The notes beneath the pieces were generated by a model. That model saw nothing but the letters and a program-made list of their open reading frames with translations. It ran no database searches and was not told where the DNA came from. This document shows, one piece after another, positions 62,027 through 64,000 of a stretch of DNA of 64,000 nucleotides. Within the stretch, counting starts at the first letter, position 1; the number at the start of each line of letters is the position of its first letter. This stretch comes from Spirochaetia bacterium. GTDB taxonomy: Bacteria > Spirochaetota > Spirochaetia > SZUA-6 > Bin103. The DNA lies in assembly GCA_965198005.1 (NCBI GenBank), contig CBDAOI010000002.1, forward strand, positions 1 through 64,000. The letters are read 5' to 3'. Position numbers and translations under genes: made by a program.

Positions 62027-62349
62027 AGTGCTCCCCCTTGTATCGGGATCTCGGGTCTGCGACCCGTAGCCCGGGGTTTTGCTTGCGCCGGTAACACCGG
62101 CTTCCTTGCATGATGGTGGTGGTGTCGCCCCACGGCGTGTGGCGGCCGGCGCCGAGCCGGCGGCCGCACGGGAGTGAGGGACGTTGGGTGTGGACGTCTA
62201 CGGGAGCCGCTCCGCGGTCGACGCCAGCGGCGGCGAAGGAATCGAGGGCGCGGCCAGGCGCGCCGACAGGGCTTTCTAGTAGGCTGCCTGCAATTCTGGG
62301 GGGGGGAGGGACTCCTCACCATTAAGCAAGCCCGCCGCGAGCTGATTTT

Positions 62350-62450
62350 CAGCAATTCTCGGCGAGCGGCTGTCAGGGGAACAGAGCGTCATAAGCGTTG
62401 ACGTGTTATAGGTCACTCAAGCCCTCCGCAGGTGAGGCACAGCCATACCC
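62350..62450 (-). mobile_element. Degenerate right end of the ISNCY-like IS
   Basis: CAGCAATTCTCGG...gtcataagc...ctcaagccctccg, similar to 35942-36010. Confidence 0.7.
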
Positions 62451-62544
62451 GGATGTAGCGGCGATTGACTGCATCCACCCTATGATAACCTCCATTCCCA
62501 TGGACGCCAACCACGAATCGGCCCAGCCGGCCCAACTGCCGAGG

Positions 62545-62735
62545 TCCTCTCGAGGCGGCGCCGACGCTTGGCCGAGCACCGCACGCAGAGCGGCCTCAAG
62601 ATCGTCGACCATGGCGAGTTCCCGCTCGATCGGGCGAATCACCTCCGCGCGCATCCACAGACCGCGGGTGGCACACAGCAGCTTGAAGCGGCGATGCAGG
62701 GGGTCGGGGAGAGCGCGTACGGAGAGGGTTGCCAT
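62545..62735 (-). pseudogene. FitA/Arc-like antitoxin remnant
   Basis: MATLSVRALPDPLHRRFKLLCATRG..MRAEV; short GCTAACG and AATGAGCCG direct repeats upstream. Confidence 0.6.
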
Positions 62736-62932
62736 CAGAGCGATACCAACATGGCTAACGTAGCTAACGCAATGAGCCGAATGAGCCGCCCAGGCCGCCA
62801 GCAGGGGCGAATGGCCGCTCCGAGGGCCAGCACACCGGCTGCGTCACCGCGAACCGGTGCCAGAGCTGGGAAGTATCGTCACGCATCACCGTGCCCATGA
62901 GAAACGTAGCCTACCACACACGCGGCACACAG

Positions 62933-63112
62933 TCAAGCTCCGATCATAGCCAGCACAAGCGCAACGCTGCCGAGGTGAAACGCGGTCTCGGCCAGCACTG
63001 CTTCGCACGTGAGGCATGGCGGGGAGACTCGCCGCGCCACACTGACGGCCCAATCGTGGTGGACGTCGCGGGCATTGGCGAATGCTACCAGGAAGCCGGT
63101 ATCGGCGACCTC
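62933..63112 (-). pseudogene. PIN/VapC fragment
   Basis: VADTGFLVAF....D.HHDWA...LTCEAVLAETAFHL. Confidence 0.7.
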
Positions 63113-63211
63113 ACGGCATCGTGTCGCTCGCACTTGGCTAACGGCTAACGCCAACAAGACCGGTCATCTACAGTCGGCCATCAGCACCTGGGCGAAGCTC
63201 ATATTGACCCT

Positions 63212-63240
63212 TTGACGTTCTTAGCGTTATCCGATATAAT
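63212..63240 (+). promoter_or_regulatory. sigma70 promoter of higBA
   Basis: TTGACG-17 nt-TATAAT. Confidence 0.85.
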
Positions 63241-63247
63241 GTGATCC

Positions 63248-63542
63248 GTGATACGGTCGTTCCGTGACCGCAGGTACTGCAGATGTGTTTGACGGAACTG
63301 ACTCCGTCGCGGCGCGGAGGACCTGTCCGAGAGTTGTTTGGCCGGTGGCGCGGCGTAAGCTGGATCAGATAAATCGAGTCAGCGACATTCGAGAACTGGC
63401 CGTCCCGCCGGGGAATCGATTGGAACGATTGCGCGGGTCTCGCTCAGGGCAGTACAGCATCAGGATCAACGACCAGTACCGAATCTGTTTCCGTTGGGAG
63501 GCCGGCTATGCCGACGAGGTTGGAATCGCAGACTACCACTGA
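63248..63542 (+). CDS. higB: HigB (RelE/ParE) toxin, apparent +1 frameshift after MIRSF
   Basis: ARRKLDQI, PPGNRLERLRG.R.GQYSIRINDQYRICFRW, IADYH. Confidence 0.88.
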
Positions 63543-63585
63543 ACCGCGCCATGCCCGGCGAACCACCACTGACGACAGTCGACTG

Positions 63586-63900
63586 GTGACGAAGCGGCTC
63601 CCTGGAGGCAGGCCCCCGACTCACCCCGGGGAGATGCTTCTGGAGGAGTTCCTGAAGCCTCTCGGCGTGAGTCAGTCGGCGTGTGCCATCCAACTGGGTG
63701 TATCATTTCCCCGCCTGAATGAGATTATCCGTGGCCGGCGCAGCGTGACGCCCGACACGGCGTTGCGACTGGAACGGGTAGTCGGCATGTCCGCGGACTT
63801 CTGGCTCGGGCTACAGCAGGATTGGGATCTCTGGCATGCCATGAGGAGTGACAAGGCGGCAGCAATTACGGAACTGAAGCCACTCCGGCCACCGCCATAG
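63586..63900 (+). CDS. higA: HigA antitoxin
   Basis: PTHPGEMLLEEFLKPLG, RLNEIIRGRRSVTPDTALRL, FWLGLQ. Confidence 0.92.
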   Translation: MTKRLPGGRPPTHPGEMLLEEFLKPLGVSQSACAIQLGVSFPRLNEIIRGRRSVTPDTALRLERVVGMSADFWLGLQQDWDLWHAMRSDKAAAITELKPLRPPP

Positions 63901-64000
63901 GCCTACTGGCAGCCACCTTCATCTCCCCGTATCTAGGCAGATGCTCTGCGGGCCGACAAGAAGCGACCGGAGCTACCGCCCATTATGCCGGTGGTATTCT

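Overview
High-GC bacterial window that reads as an accessory, decaying region. It holds six paralogous peptide/nickel-type ABC cassettes (family-5 substrate-binding protein plus two permeases, no ATPase gene in the window). Around them lie at least five IS types, about a dozen intact or broken toxin-antitoxin modules, two Fic genes and a few metabolic genes (surE, a PEP-utilising phosphotransferase, an MFS/spermidine-synthase-TPR fusion, an oxidoreductase, a SnoaL cyclase). The Cys-less 'LWAxG/FASG' signal peptides resemble spirochaete SBPs (inference only). The most interesting signals are non-coding. (1) Two tandem ORF-less group II introns (11070-12700, minus) sit in a G-homopolymer and their predicted EBS1/EBS2 loops are C-rich. 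(2) A 332-bp ORF-less insertion flanked by a duplicated CT interrupts an ISKra4 transposase and contains copies of its own junction sequences (IS110/bridge-RNA-like). (3) An outward-facing array of ~125-143-bp repeats, several with sigma70-like promoters, flanks an IS. (4) Conserved leader elements precede the SBP genes. (5) A ~90-bp repeat family sits at cassette boundaries. All family assignments come from motif recognition by eye; no database search was run.
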